Assembly: GCA_030390025.1 (NCBI GenBank)
Contig: CM059432.1
Span: 19,780,001 to 19,844,000 of the forward strand
DNA length: 64,000 nucleotides
Direction of reading: 5' to 3'
From: Squalus acanthias
Lineage: Eukaryota
The translations under genes were made by a program, and so were the position numbers. Of the stretch, positions 24,012 to 37,689 are shown piece after piece (within the stretch, counting starts at the first letter, position 1; the number at the start of each line of letters is the position of its first letter). The notes beneath the pieces were generated by a model, which was not told the origin of the DNA, did not search any database, and was given only the letters and a program-made list of their open reading frames with translations.

Positions 24012-24912
24012 CCAACAACAACAACTTGTATTTATATAGTGCCTTTAACATAGTAAAACGTCCCAAGGTGCTTCACAGGAGTATTAGAAGATGAAAAATT
24101 TGACACCGAGCCACATAAGGAGAAATTACGGTAGGTGACCAAAAGCTTGGTCAAACAGGTGGGTTTTAAGGAGCGTCTTAAAGGAGGAAAGAGAGGTAGA
24201 GAGGCTTAGGCAGGGAATTCCAGAGCTTAGGGCCGAGGCAACAGAAGGCACGGCCACCAATGGTTGAGTGATTATAATCAGGGATGCTCAAGAGGGCAGA
24301 ATTAGAGGAGCACAGATATCTCGGTTGGGGAGGGTTGTGGGGCTGAAGGAGATTACAGAGATAGGGAGGAGCGAAGCCATGGAGGGATTTGAAAACAATG
24401 AGAATTTTAAAATTGAGCCGTTGCTTAACTGTGAGCCAACGTAGGTCAGCGAGCACAGGGGTGGATGGGTGAACGGGACTTGGTGCGAGTTAGGACACGG
24501 GCAGCCGAGTTTTGGATGACCTCAAGTTTACGCAGAGTAGAAGGTGGGAGGCCAGCCAGGAGTGCATTGGAATAGTCAAGTCTAGAGGTAACAAAGGCAT
24601 GGATGAGGGTTTCAGCAGCTGAGGCAAGGGTGGAGACGGGCGATGTTACGGAGGTGGAAATAGCCGGTCTTAGTTATGCTGCGGATATGTGGTCGGACGC
24701 TCATTTCAGGGTCAAATATAACACCAAGTTGCGAATAGTGTGGTTCAGCCTCAGACAGATGTTAGGGAGAGGGATGGAGTCAGTGGCTAGGGAACGGAGT
24801 TTGTGGTGGGGACTGAAACAATGGCTTCGGTCTTCCCAATATTTAATTGGAGAAAATTTCTGCTCATTCAGAACTGGATGTCGGACAAGCAGTCTGACAA
24901 TTTAGAGACCGT
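24012..24912 (-). mobile_element. L2-type LINE 3' fragment
   Basis: LADLRWLTVKQRLNFKIL...GGRAFCCLGPKLWNSLP; (CAA)n tail on +. Confidence 0.85.
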
Positions 24913-24951
24913 CTCCATCTCTCCCTCGAGCCCCCATGCCCCAATCTCTAA

Positions 24952-26500
24952 GGCCAGAATTTTGCCGGCGCTCAGGCGGCGGGTTTGGAGGTGGATCCGC
25001 TGTCAAAATCGCAAAGATTGACAGCGGGCAGGAAACCCGCTGTCAACCCGCCTCCACGCGAGTCTCCCAGGTGTCAGGTCTGACAGCGGAGAACTGACCC
25101 GACACCAAGCGGCGGGGGAGACAATTGAGCTCATTAAATGGCTTGTTAAGAGCCAATTTAATGGTATTTTGAGGCTTCCTTCCAATTTTGCGTGCTCCCC
25201 CACGGGTTACCTGCTGCTCGGGGAACATGCCAGCTCATCCTGTCGTGAGTTGAGTCTGCTCTGATGTATCTGAGAAGCTGACAGCTGCAGAAGTGGTGTA
25301 AAGGATGCCATGTTGCAGATGGTCAGTTTCAGAGCGCAGAAACTGTTGGTTACTGCATTTGAAATACATATAGAGATTTCTTTAGCTTGCAAGTGTTTAG
25401 AGGCAACTGTATGTCCAGTGTCGCCTCATTGGAACAACCTCTCTCACCATTGACAGATCGCTTCTGTCATCTCACCTGTAACTGCCATCTATTGCAGTAA
25501 CTTCGGTGCCCTTGAAAAAATCAGACCTTGGTCCTCTGAATCCTTCCATGATCAGCCCCAACACCAACATCACCAGGCACACCAACAGCATCACCAACCT
25601 TCTCCGCCATCACCTGATGCTGCACTGGACACAGGGCATCAGCCCCTGACAACATTGCTGCCCAGGAGGCCAGTGATGGTGTCACCATGGCCAGATTTAC
25701 TTCAGCTGTAAACCCTGGCTGCCACATGATGCACCAGGCTGACACCATCCCACACCAGCACCGTAAAGCATCCCTTTAATGTCCAAGCCATTCCATGTAC
25801 ACTCATCACTATGGCTTGGGGGGGGGGGGGGGGGGGGGGGGGGAGGGGAAGTTATGTCTCAATATTCACTGGAACTCAGTAAGACACTTCTCAAGGTGCG
25901 CACAGATCTGTCCAATAGATTTCACTGTATGACAACACATTACCAGAAACTTCACATGGACATTGGCTAAACCTCTCAAGTGCCTACCCTTGAGTGTTGT
26001 TAGTTGGTATGCTTGCAGTAGGATGAGGGTGAGTGTGAGGGGTGGCTAGTGAGATGGGGCAGTGATGATGTAGATGGAGAGGGTTGGGTGGAGGTGCAAG
26101 GTAAGTTAGTGTGAGTAAGGATGTGCAGGAGAAGGGTATGGAAAGCAGAGTGATGGGGATGTGTTGAGTGGCACAGCAGGGTGAGTTTGAGTGTGGCTTT
26201 GCAGTAACGTTTCTTGATCCACTGAGATCATTGAAAGGTTGGCGCCACTGCAGCCAGGGACTCCTGACGACATCCCTGCTTTTGCCCTCCTGTGCATTGT
26301 GCAACCAGGCTGCGTTGGTGTCCTGGGGACGTCTCTTCCGTATATGGAGTATAGGAAAACTGGGCAGTGAGGGAGCCCACCAGATTTTCCATTTGGTAAT
26401 TAAAATGGGTGAACAATCGGGCCATCTTGATTACAAGTGTGCACGCCTCCCCCGAATGGTTTTCCTGTATTCCTCATCCCAGTGCAGAACCAGGATGTGT
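24952..26500. mobile_element. Degraded Harbinger element with Myb/SANT-like remnant (-, ~26200-26360)
   Basis: Starts GGCCAGAATTTT; - strand AWLHNAQE...RSPWLQWRQPFNDLSGSR resembles the ORF at 31414-31770. Confidence 0.6.
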
Positions 26501-26927
26501 TAACGCACTAATTCTTCAGTGCGTCAGTACCATGCCCTTGTGCTTATTGATCTAATTACACACACTATCATGCCTTTGTTACTGCGGCAGTATATTTTAC
26601 ATTTTTCCTAACTCACCTTATTTAATAATATAGCCTCCTGTTTGCTGTCAGATTTGTTACCTTTGGAAGCAATATGTGCTACCTTACATTTCTCAGCAGT
26701 ACATTATTTTCTGATTCACCTACCCAATTGTGGCGTGTTTGTATTTTCCTTTCATTCCTTATTATTCCACCAATTTGGTCCTGGATTTACATTGTTATTG
26801 GCATAAATCTAGCCCTAACATATAATGGCTAGATTTTTGAGTTTCCCTGGATCTTTGTGTGCTTCTGGTTAGAGCTTCTAAAGGAGAAGCATCTAACTGT
26901 GCATTATAGTACCTCAAATATATTAAT

Positions 26928-27671
26928 GGGCCAGAAATTCGGCTCTCCGGCTTCCTGCGTACTTACCTACCGCGCCTGCCGTTGTGCTTCGGGCCCACGA
27001 GGACTTCGGCTCCTGGGCCTCCTGCAGCTGCCGGCGCGCAGTGCTTGCGTATCCCAGGGGCGCAGTTAGTTCGAAGCGTCCCCTGGGATCACGTGGGCCA
27101 TGGAGAGCCAATCGGAGCAGGGCATTTTCATTCATAGATTTGACAGGAAGACCGGCAAATCTATGAATAGAGATCGGCCCCAAAACCACACTTAAACTTC
27201 AAATAAATTTTTTTTAAAACATCACATTTTTAAAATAACTATAAGTTACATAAATTAACTACTTCAAACAAAAATTTTAATTTTTGAAAAAATTAATTAT
27301 ACTTTTTAACGGTGCTAAAAATAAACTTACCTTTCTTTAAAGTATGTAAAAAAGATAAACCTGTTGAAAAAATGTTTAAATTGTAATTAATTAACCACTT
27401 ACCTTGTTAAAAACAGGCCTTGCGCCTCCTTTTTAAAAGTGCAGCTTCTCCATACTTACCCTCACGGAGAAACCTGAAAAAAAAACGAAGTTCGCTGCGT
27501 GCGCACTGCCTCTCCTGCGCACGCGTTCGACTTCTGAACCCCTTCCTTCAGGGGAACAGAAGTTCCAGTTTCCCGCGCATGCGCAGTGCATGCGTGAAAC
27601 CGGCACTTCAGGTGGCCTTACGGGTGAGTACACAGCGCGTACTCACCCAACAAGAGCCGAATTTCTGGCCC
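26928..27671. mobile_element. Harbinger-type MITE
   Basis: Perfect 19-bp TIR GGGCCAGAAATTCGGCTCT; flanks AAT/ACT; AT-rich core. Confidence 0.85.
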
Positions 27672-28872
27672 ACTATCTTTGGTCAGTCTAGTTACCATGC
27701 AAGCGTGACGTCTCCCACCCTGCACTAAGGGAGCCAGTCGACTTACACCAGGAACTAAGTGAAAAGTGTGTGTAGCCAGGCATAGTGAGTCACACACATG
27801 AAGCATTTCCATTCCTCTGAAATGCAGGGCATCACCGAGTTTGCAGGCTTGAGTATAACATGGCAGAAGCAAATAAGCCAAATCATTAACTATTGCCTCA
27901 CTTACTCAGTACTGGCTGTCTGCAGTTTCATCCATTTCTTCTGAAAACCATTCTTTCCCACATTGGCCCTGAAATTGTGGTCTCCCTGATGGCGTACTCT
28001 CAGAGTACACCGTCGGAATCCATTTGAAAAGCCTCGCAACTTCTGGGTTTCCGGTGCGAAATCTGGAACTTGCGACCCGTCTAGGTTTGCCTTGAAGATC
28101 ATCTGAACCGCATGGATTGCTGGCGCAGAGTTGGGCTATTTGCCCAACAACTGCCCAGCAATGGCCCAGGAAACTCTTACGGCTGGTAAAAGCAGGCGAA
28201 GGGCCTGCTTTCATCAGTGGTAAGGGTATATATAAGCCTTAAATTAAACTTTTAAAAATCAAAAATGATGCACATACACTTTAAATTAGTTTATGCAAAT
28301 ATTGGCCCGGATTAAGATGCTTAAAATTATTTATCCAAATGACTTGGATGAAGCGACCGAGTATACTGTAGCCAAATTTGCTGACGATACAAAGATAGGT
28401 GGGAAAGCAAGTTGTGAGGAGGACACAAAGGGCTCGATTTTAATCGTGAAAATCGGAAAAAATAGCTTCAGACTGCCAACCCGCCTCCATCCCGCCCCCA
28501 CGCGATTTTCGTGTCGGGGCCAGCCGCTACTTAACTGACCTGACTGGAACCGGTGGGTCAGGTAGTTAAGGCAGTTAACTGCCTTGCTAATCCTATTTTT
28601 ATAGTGCTTTCCCATTTTCGTTCCTCTGGCTCCTGTTTCCTGTCTTTTCAGAAACAGACCAGCTGCAAGGAGACGAGTTGCTGGAGGACATGATGTGTAG
28701 TCATTGTTGCAGCACTTCAAAAGTGCTCCTGTAACATGGCTGACATTCAAATGCAACAACTTTGTTGTTGGAGGTTTGGGATAAGATTTTGCAAATCTAC
28801 TGACCTTGTGACTGGTCAAGCTGACAGCCATCTGCAGTGTGACCTGATTGGAATAATTTCAGGTCACTTTGA

Positions 28873-31341
28873 GTGTGCGCTTGCAAGCTTCTTGCCTCAA
28901 CTGAAATCTATAGCAACTGGATGGGGACCATTTACATCCTCTCATCCTGGTCGTTGGATTCGGAGGAAGAGCAGCCGCGGCAGCACCACAACCAGCCACA
29001 ACAGCAGCACCAACACCTGGAGCCCAGAAGAGCGTGTGGACACTCCTTACCAGTTGCTGTCAAAGTCACTACCGCACTCAACTTCTTTGCTTCGGGCTCC
29101 CTCCAGGGATCAGCTGCAGACATCAGCGGCATCTCCCAGTCGGCCACACACACCTGCATCACGCAGGTCACCGATGACCTCTTTGCAAAGGCGCACAACT
29201 ACATCCACTTCTCCACGGATGGCCCAAGTGTGATAGCGTGCGTGGTTGGTTTTGCCAATATGACAGGCTTGCCAATGGTGCAGGGTGTCATAGACAGCAT
29301 ACATGTAGCCATTAGTGCCCCCTATCACAACCCAGCTGTATTTGTCAACTGCAAGGGATTCCACTCCCTGAACGTCCAGCTGGTGTGTAACCACAGGAAG
29401 ATCATCACGCATGTTTGCGCCAAGTACCCTGGCAGTTGCCATGACTCCTTCATCCTGCGCCAGTCTACTGTGCCTCAGCCCTGCCATCCGCCAACCCAAC
29501 TTTCCGGATGGCTTCTTGGTGACAAGGGCTATCCCCTGAAAAAGTGGCTTATGACGACTTCTTCTTCTTAGGCAGTCCCTCGGAACCAAGGATGACTTGC
29601 TTCCACATTAAAAATGAGTTCTCAGGTGACTGATGAGTTCAATGCGGGACCTACAGTCTCTGTCACAGGTGGGGCAGACGGTGGTTGAAGGGGCGGGTGG
29701 GTGGGGTTCTTGGGTTGAGGTGCGCTCCTTGCGCTTGGCTTCCGCTTGCTCCCGGCGAAGAGACTCGAGGTGTTCGGCGCCTTCCCGGATGCTTCTCCTC
29801 CACTTTGTGCGGTCTTGGGCCAGGGATTCCCAGGTGTCGGTGGGGATGTTACACTTTTTCAAGGAGGCTTTGAGGGTGTCCTTGAAGCGTTTCCTCTGCC
29901 CACCTGGGGCTCTCTTGCCGTGCCGGAACTCCGAGCAGAGCGCTTGTTTTGGGAATCTCGTATCAGGCATGCGGACAATGTGACCCGTCCATCGGAGCTG
30001 ATCGAGTGCGGTCAAAGCTTCGGTGCTGGGGATGTTGGCCTGAGCAAGAACACTGACGTTGGTGCGCCTATCCTGCCAATGGATTTGCAGGATCTTGCGG
30101 AGGCAGCATTGGTGGTACCTCTCCAGTGCTTTGAGGTGCCTGCTGTACATGGTCCATGTCTCTGAGGCATACAGCAGGGTGGGTATCACTGCTGCTCTGT
30201 AGACCATGAGCTTAGTGCCGGGTTTGAGGTCCTGGTCTTCAAACACTCTCTTCCTCAGGCGACCGAAGGCTGCACTGGCACACTGAAGGCGGTGTTGGAC
30301 TTCGTCGTCTGCCCTTGTTGACAGTAGGCTCCCGAGGTATGGAAAGTGGTCCACATTGTCCAAGGCCTTGTCGTGGATTTTGATAATCGGGGGGCAGTAC
30401 TGTGTGGTGGGGGCAGGTTGGTAGAGGACTTTTGTCTTACGGATGTTTAGTGTAAGGCCCATGCTCTTGTACGCTTCGGTGAAGGTGTTGACGATGGTTT
30501 GGAGTTCGACCTCCGAGTGTGCGCAGACGCAAGCGTCGTCTGCATACTGTAATTCGACGACAGAGGATGGGACGACCTTGGATCTGGACTGGAGGTGACG
30601 GAGGTTGAACAGTTTCCCGTTTGTTCTGTAAATTAGCTCCACTCTAGCGGGGTGCTTACTGAGAGTGAGATGAAAGCATTGCAGCAAGGAAGATCGAGAA
30701 GAGCGTTGGTGCGATGACACAGCCTTGCTTGACCCCGGTTCGTACATGAATTGGGTCTGTGGTGGAACCGTTGGTCAGGATCACGGCTTGCATGTCATCG
30801 TGAAGCTGGCGGAGGGTGGTGACAAACTTTTGAGGGCAGCCGAATTTGCGGAGGACACTCCATAATCCCTCACGGTTGACAGTGTCGAAGGCCTTTGTGA
30901 GATCAAAGAAGGCCATGTCTTTGTTCTTATGACACCGATGAGGAGGCCATCAACCGATGCTGATGAGCGGTACAATGTGAGTCACATATCCACCAGAAGC
31001 ATCATCAAGCAAACCATCGGCTTGCTCAAAATGCGCTTCCGGTGCCTAGACAGATCTGGTGGAGCCTTGCAGTATGCACCAGCAGGGTGTCAAGAATCGT
31101 CGTGGTCTGCTGTGCCCGGCACAACATCGCACAGCAGCGCGGCTTAGTGCTGCTGGATGAACATGTGGCTCAGCACACAGCCTCCTCGGAGAAAGAGGAA
31201 GAGGAAGAGAGCGAGGAGGAGGATGAGGATGAGGACGGGGAGCGACGCCTTGTTGGTCCGCATCTGGCCAATCCAGCAGCAGGCGACCACATTGCTGGCT
31301 GTCAGGCAAGGGATACACTCATCCATGCCAGATTCGCATAA
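28873..31341 (+). pseudogene. Harbinger (HARBI1-like) DDE transposase, interrupted by RTE and frameshifted
   Basis: [58 protein letters not shown]...IGLLKMRFRCLD, acidic C-terminal tail. Confidence 0.92.
29556..30925 (-). mobile_element. RTE-clade LINE, 5'-truncated
   Basis: FFDLTKAFDTV, GVKQGCVIAPTLF, LQYADD, C-terminal CPTC...HLRTH; (GAA)n tail; TSD CTTATGAC at 29548-29555 and 30926-30933. Confidence 0.93.
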
Positions 31342-31413
31342 GGTTACGCTTCAGCCACAGGTAGCTGGCACATGCAAAGGAATATAAGGCCAACATTCTT
31401 AAAACCCCAGGCA

Positions 31414-31770
31414 TCATCTGTCCAATAAACGGTGGTTTGCGCTCAGTGTCACCAGCAACATTCTACATGGAATTCGCCCTGAGCCCTCACTCTTGAACTT
31501 CCATTTCCCAGAACACAGAGGCCACACTTTAGGTGATCTCAGCAGATCATTAAACCTTTTTCGACACTGAACCCATGTGCGTCTGCACACAGACCTCGAG
31601 CTCACCTCCTCAGCAATTTGCAGCCAAGCTGCCTTGGTTTGCTGAGGAGGCCTCCTCCTCCTTGCGTTTCCAGGGAAGAGGAGCTCCTGACGTCCGCTAA
31701 CTCCCTCCACAAGAGCATGGAGGGAGCCCTCATTGAACCTGGGTGCAGCCTTAGTTTTTGGGGCTGCCAT
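31414..31770 (-). CDS. Harbinger Myb/SANT-like DNA-binding protein, N-terminal domain (probably first exon only)
   Basis: APRFNEGSLHALVEGV...AWLQIAEEVS...RTWVQCRKRFNDL. Confidence 0.85.
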   Translation of the reverse strand: MAAPKTKAAPRFNEGSLHALVEGVSGRQELLFPGNARRRRPPQQTKAAWLQIAEEVSSRSVCRRTWVQCRKRFNDLLRSPKVWPLCSGKWKFKSEGSGRIPCRMLLVTLSANHRLLDR

Positions 31771-33444
31771 TCCTGCAGCAGCCAGTACTTTTAAGAGGAA
31801 AAACCTAATGCTTTTGCAAAGGGGACATGGCCCCTTTAAATTTTTACCTGAAACAACGTGTCATCAGAGGCGAGAATCTGACACTCTGCAACCAAATGCC
31901 TGGAGGGACCCGCCGTCAGCCGTAATGAGGCCAATCAAGCGAAAATAGTAACTGCTGGGAGGCAGCATCCGGGAGCGGGTCCGAAAGCTGCCGAGCAGCG
32001 GGCCCGCCCTCAACCCGCCTCCTCTATAAAGATCGCGGCCAAAGAGTCTGCAAAGGGATATAGATAGGTTAAGTAAGTTGACAAAAATTTGGCAGATGGA
32101 CTATTATGTGGGAAAATGTGAGGTTATCCACTTTAGTAGGAATAGAAAAGCTTAATATTATTTAAATGGGGAGAGATTACAGAATGCTGCGGTACAGAGG
32201 GATCTGGGTGTCCTCGTACATGAAACACAAAAGGTTAGCATGCAGGTACAGCAAGTAATTAGGAAGGCAAATGGAATGTTGGCCTTTATTGCAAGGGGGA
32301 TGGAGTATAAAAGTAGGGAAGTCTTGCTACAACTTTACAGGGCGCTGGTGAGACCACACCTGGAATACTGCGTACAGTTTTGGTCTCCTTATTTAAGGAG
32401 AGATATACTTGCATTGGAGGCAGTTCAGAGAAGGTTCACTAGGTTGATTACTGGGATGAAGGGGTTGTCTTATGAGGAAAGGTTGAGCAGGTTGGGCCTA
32501 TACTAATTGGATTTTAGAAGAATGAGAGGTGATCTTATTGAAACATGTAAGATTCTGAGGGGGCTGGACAGGGTAGATGCTGAGAGGATGTTTCCCCTCA
32601 TGGGGGAATCTAGAGCTAGGGGGCATAGTTTCAGAATAAGGGGTCACCCATTTAAGACGGAGATGAGGAGGAATTTCTTCTCTCAGAGGGTCGTGAATCT
32701 TTGGAATTCTCTACCCCAGAGAGCTGTGGAGGCGGAGTCATTGAATATATTCAAGGTTGAGATAGACAGACATTTGAACTACAGGGGAGTGAAGGGTTAT
32801 GGGGAGTGGGAGGAAAGTGGCGTTGAGGCCAAGATCAGATCAGCCATGATCTTATTGACTGGCGGAGCAGGTTCAAAGGGCCGAATGGCCTACTCCTGCT
32901 CTATTTCTTATGTTCTTAAAAAATTAAATTTTGAGGTTGGTGCAATGAAGGGTTTTATGAATAAAATTGAAATTCAGTACATTTATATTTATTAGAATTG
33001 TGTAAATTGTATAATTATTTGGGGATTCCATTGCATATCATATGGGGAATCCCTCCGTAAATAAATGATTGCAATGGAATCCTCCTTTGTGATTGGAGGA
33101 CCGGGCCCATGTGATCCCAGAGACGCTTCCGAACCGCCTGCATCCCTGGGATCCGTGGGCCTTCACACTGATTTCCGCCTGGAGGCCCGGGACCGGAACT
33201 CTCTGCAGCCGCGACGTCTGGAGGTAGGTTCGGATTTGTTTCGCGGGTGGGAAGTGTACTCCGGAGGTGTGCCTCCGGCTGCAAATTCTACCCCAAAATG
33301 TTTTGTAAATCTTAACATTGAACTTTTATTGACCTCTGGGATACTTTTCTGGTCACAGCTATCCAACTATTATTGAGCAACACCTTTTGTTTCCTATGAC
33401 TGACCAATTATACAACGAACTTACTCCCACTATTTCTATTATAA

Positions 33445-33560
33445 ATAAATAAATAAGACTTGCATTTATATAGCGCCTTTCACGACCACCGGACATCTCA
33501 AAGCGCTTTACAGCCAATGAAGTACTTTTTTGAAGTGGAATCACTGTTGTAATGTGGGAA
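33445..33560 (-). mobile_element. SINE or L2-type 3' end (DeuSINE-like tail)
   Basis: CTTGCATTTATATAGCGCCTTTCACGACC...AAAGCGCTTTACAGCCAATGAAGT shares the L2 terminal motif. Confidence 0.55.
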
Positions 33561-34608
33561 TTATATCCAATGAAAGCATACAGAATTGGAGGTAACCTTG
33601 TGACATGGGTTAATAATTGGCTCGAAGGTTGGAGACAGAGAGTAAGGGATAAAGGGAAGGTTCTCTGATTTGCAGGATGTAACAAGTGGTGTTGCCCAGG
33701 AATCTGTACTGGGGTAACTTTGGCATCACCTACCTGCTACCTGTTGACTTCCCTCATTGTCTTTTCTACTCATTTTAACCACCGTCCCTTAACTTGGGGT
33801 GGCATCAATTTTTTTAAAAAAATCAAGAACTGAAAATATCTCGGATGTAGGAAAATAAAATCACAAGAACCACCAAAACATGTAATAATTTTAAACTTTA
33901 TTACTATTAGTCATTTGCGATTAAAAAAAAAAATCTACCTAATAAATTCCAACCGGAAGTTGTCTGCAATTCATGACACTTATTCGTGTAAAGGCATACA
34001 CCACCAGGAAACTGTACAATCTGCTCTTGCATTGACAATGAGGGAATAATTGTTTGCATTGTTGGGCTTTGCATTATTCCATTTGACTTATTCTCTTTCT
34101 GCTGTTGTAAAACCAGGAGCACAAAGGATAAAACTGGAAAAGCCTGAAAATAAAACAGAGGCATGTAATTAGATTACAACTCCCAGCCTCTCACTACTAT
34201 TCCTTACTATGGTAGGCTTCCCATATTCTAGGGAGGGACAGGAACCCGAATGCTATTCCATCAAACCGGGCAGTTTTTTGTGGTTCCACGGGGTTTTTTT
34301 TTTTAACGCATCTGTTTATTTTTCTGGTTGGGGGTTCCAAATGCCTGCTGGAGTCAGATGATCTCGGAGATAAGGGAAACCCCAATTTTCGCTGCGGAGG
34401 CCATTGATTTCTGCAAGCACCCAGCTTTCAGCCAATACAGAGTAAAACAGGGGAGAACAAAGCACTTCAATTCAGAAACAAAGTGAAGAGAAAGCGGGAG
34501 GCTGAGCTGAAGCAGCAGGAAAAGAAAATATTGTTCAATACAAACACAAAAAGAAAAACCCAGTCAAGAAGGTACAGGTAGATGTATAATATAAAATTTA
34601 TACATATA

Positions 34609-35493
34609 GGGGGAGAAATTCAGTATCGCCCCAGTTGGGGCGCAATTATCGGCCGGGTGCAAAGATTAGCGCTTGGCGCTAATTATCGCCACCGACTGCA
34701 AACTTGACTTTTATCGCCCCTGGAGGTGATTGGAGCGCTAAATCAGGCGCTACACATCTGTCTTAAGGCGCAAAGGCTGAGGAGCGAGGCGCTACCTCAG
34801 AGCGCTGGCAAAGCTCATGTGATGTCAGTCAGCAATGGAACACACACACAATGGCGCGGGCCAGTTCTTAAAGGGGAGGGTTGATCTTGCTTTCCATCCA
34901 CACCCTGCTCATTGCAGCCTTGAATCTCGGCCTGGAGAGACTTGCACATCAAATCTGCTGGAAAGAACAATGGAGAGTACCAGGGAAAGAGCTCAGAGTG
35001 CAGCCCCCACAGTCTCTTCTAAATCGATACAAGGAAGGGCAAATCAAAATGAACCTGCAAAGTGCTGCTCAGTACCCAAAACTCCTTCACACAGCGTTGA
35101 ATCTCTCCAGAAGTCTCTCTCTCAGAATGCGTGGTTCAAAAATGTCACCAACAATGAAAGGCAGGAAGCGGTCGCCTTTAAATAGCGCTCCCCCAGTCCC
35201 TTCCTGACTGCAAAACGCTCCCCTCAACCTGTCGTTGCTAGCGGCAGGCGGTAAGGCAGGGGGCGCCACTCAATATCCACTCCGGGGCGATACCGGGGCA
35301 TTGCGCACTCGACTGACGTCACAATCTGCTGGCGCAGGAGATCGTGGCGGTAGTGTTTAGCGCCGCCGCAAAATGTCTAGTTAATTTCGCGAGCGGCGCA
35401 AACATTGCCGCGCCCGGGCGCTAGATGCTTTGCACCCCATTAGCGCCCTCTTAAGGCGCTAAAGGGAGGCGCAACCAACTGAATTTTTCCCCC
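34609..35493. mobile_element. Harbinger-type MITE
   Basis: 16-bp TIR GGGGGAGAAATTCAGT with one mismatch; flanks ATA/ATT. Confidence 0.8.
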
Positions 35494-35522
35494 ATTAAGT
35501 CCTCATTTTGAAGTCATATACT

Positions 35523-36704
35523 GGGCCGGATCTTGCTGGAAACTTAACGGTGCGTTAACGATGCAATAGCAAAATACTGCGGATGCTGGAAATCTGAAAT
35601 AACAACAGAAAATGCTGGAAACACTCAGCAGGCCAGGCAGCATCCGTGGAGAGAGAAACAGAGTTAACGTTTCAGGTCTGTGACCCTTCGTCAGAACTGG
35701 TAAAAGCTGGAGATGTAACAGGTTTTAAGCAGGTGCAGAGGCAGGGAAAGGGGGGGGGGGCGGAGGGGAGGAAGGAACTAAAGGCACAGTCTGTGCTAGG
35801 ATTGAACTCAGGAGAGATAAAATGTCGCAAATGGGGATGGCAGAATCATCAACAGCTGCCGCCTGAAAATATGGGGGGGGGGGGTTTATAGTCTGAAATT
35901 GTTGAACTCAATGTTGAGTCCAGAAGGCTGTAAAGTGCCTAATCGAAATATGAGGTTCTGTTCCTCGAGCTTACGTTGAGCTTCATTTAACGTTAACAAT
36001 GCATGTTGTTATTAATGTGCAAATCAGCCAGCAAATTCAGGGGATTAAGAGATATGCCGTGAGTTGCAAATCTCCAGAACTTGCTGGTTGATTTACGCTG
36101 CTCTGCTGTTTGCTTCGTACAAACAGCATCTCGCCCTTAGCCTCCCTGTTATTTTTAAGAACTTGCTGGATTTGCATATTCTTGCCCATTAAACTCACCA
36201 CAGAAAGTTAAATCTGGTAAATAAGTGTGTAAGTACTCATTTAACTACCTGCTTATTGTTAATGCAGTGCCAATCAACCTCTCTGGCCCAGAAATTGAAC
36301 AATTTAAACTGTGGAGTCTCATTCCTTCAAGTAGAGAATTGTTCTTAGAGATTTTTAAAATGTCAAATTTTATTTTTAATTTCTTCCTTTTCCTTTCTGT
36401 CTCTTTTTTTCCTCTCTTTCTTAATCCAATCTCTCTTCATTTCTATTTCTGTTCCTGATTTGACTCTAATTCACCCTCCTTCTCCATCCTTCCTTTGTTT
36501 ATTTCTCAATCCTTCAATCTCATTGGTTAAGGAGATACACTGTTGGTCCTGCCATTCACTAAGGTCCTGGGTGCCCCATTGCCCGTTCTCAGCTCACACA
36601 TCCAGCAAGTTGTGGCGCAAAAAGTTTTCGAGCTGAAGGGTGCAGGAAAAGGTTTAACGAACGGCGCGTGCTGTGAGTTGCCCCACTCCAGCAAGATCTG
36701 GCCC
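35523..36704. mobile_element. Harbinger-type MITE carrying a Penelope family-2 insertion
   Basis: 18-bp TIR GGGCCRGATCTTGCTGGA; flanks ACT/ATT; internal similarity to 45346-46099. Confidence 0.85.
35566..35990 (-). mobile_element. Penelope family-2 3' fragment with hammerhead (35662-35698)
   Basis: TSD CGTTAACRATGCA at 35553-35565 and 35991-36003; AGUU-CUGACGA-AGGGUC(ACA)GACCU-GAAA-C-GUU-AACU. Confidence 0.85.
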
Positions 36705-37514
36705 ATTGTGTACTCATTTTTCTTCTTTGATTTGATATTATTTATAGTTAAAGCAGAATTTATATGGGAAACAGAGAAGCGAGTAGATTGGAGCATAAGA
36801 ATTCTAGAGTACAGGCTGCGGAGCTGTGAGATGCACTACAGCACCACCACTGGCTGGAGGGTGTAATTACAGCACAAAAAGTTTACATAGGCAGTTTCCA
36901 TATTGTGGGCATAGGAATTTATAATGGAAAAGTTGACATAAAAGTGTGAGAAAATATGACAATAGGATGTAAGGTTTTGTAGACAAGCAGTGTGTGCATA
37001 TATAAGATTACTATATTATAGATATAATAGATATTCCTCAGGTACATATTCTTGACTCAAGAAAATGGTAGTTTATATATGTACAGGTGAAATGTGCTAT
37101 GGTTATAGGGTAAACACTATACTAAGTTATTTTAATTGCATCATTTATAAATTGAGTGGTGCAAATTATGTCTTTTTTATTACAGTTCTCAACCATATTT
37201 AATACGAAGTCCCATTAGTTGCTAGCCTTCCTGTCTCCTCATGATAGACGTGGCGAAGACATTACAGAGTCACAGCTACCTGATGGCAGTTTGTGTACAT
37301 GTATTGAAGTTTAAGTCTGTTAATGTCTATCTTGTTTTGTGTCAGTAGGAAACTCTTCTCTTTCCCATTTGTCTTTCACTCTTCTTCCTGGTCTCCCAGA
37401 TCATGAACCACAGACAAGATAAGTCAAGGAGTTGGGTGAGGTGGTTGCACATCTTCACTAATGCCACTTTAAACTGTTTGCATGATGATTGAGAGCAGCC
37501 TGCTAAACAACTTT

Positions 37515-37622
37515 ACCTGGTAGTGTAGTGGTTATGTTACAAGACTAGTAATCCAGAGGCCTGGACTAATAATCCAGATAATGTAAATTCAAATCCCACC
37601 ATGGCAGTTTGAATTTGGATTG
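37515..37622 (+). mobile_element. tRNA-derived SINE head fragment
   Basis: TAGTGTAGTGG A-box-like and ATTCAAATCCC B-box-like motifs. Confidence 0.45.
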
Positions 37623-37689
37623 GAAACTTGCAAATTTTCCCATTATTTAAGATGGGAGGGAGGGAGAAATGATGTAACTGCAGCTCTGT

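Larger units (their letters stand above)
28430..32040. mobile_element. PIF/Harbinger transposon, formerly autonomous two-gene type
   Basis: TSD AAA (28427-28429, 32041-32043); imperfect TIR GGGCTCGATTTT / AAAGATCGCGGCC; convergent transposase and Myb/SANT-like ORFs. Confidence 0.9.
28332..32916 (+). mobile_element. CR1 3' part, split by the Harbinger insertion
   Basis: NDLDE...KFADDTKIGGKASCEEDTK at 28332-28429 continues as SLQRDIDRL at 32041 through to a CR1 tail at ~32916. Confidence 0.9.
27965..33294. mobile_element. Harbinger-type MITE split by nested insertions (halves 27965-28331 and 32917-33294)
   Basis: Ends GGCCCTGAAATTG / CAAATTCTACCCC; both halves resemble 55392-55641 and 61901-62309. 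Confidence 0.7.

Noticed and set aside
25818..25848. Poly-G run / G-quadruplex candidate
   Set aside because: Simple homopolymer within a decayed transposon; length is unreliable
28873..31341. Domesticated HARBI1 host gene
   Set aside because: It lies within TIRs and a TSD, is interrupted by an RTE and is frameshifted
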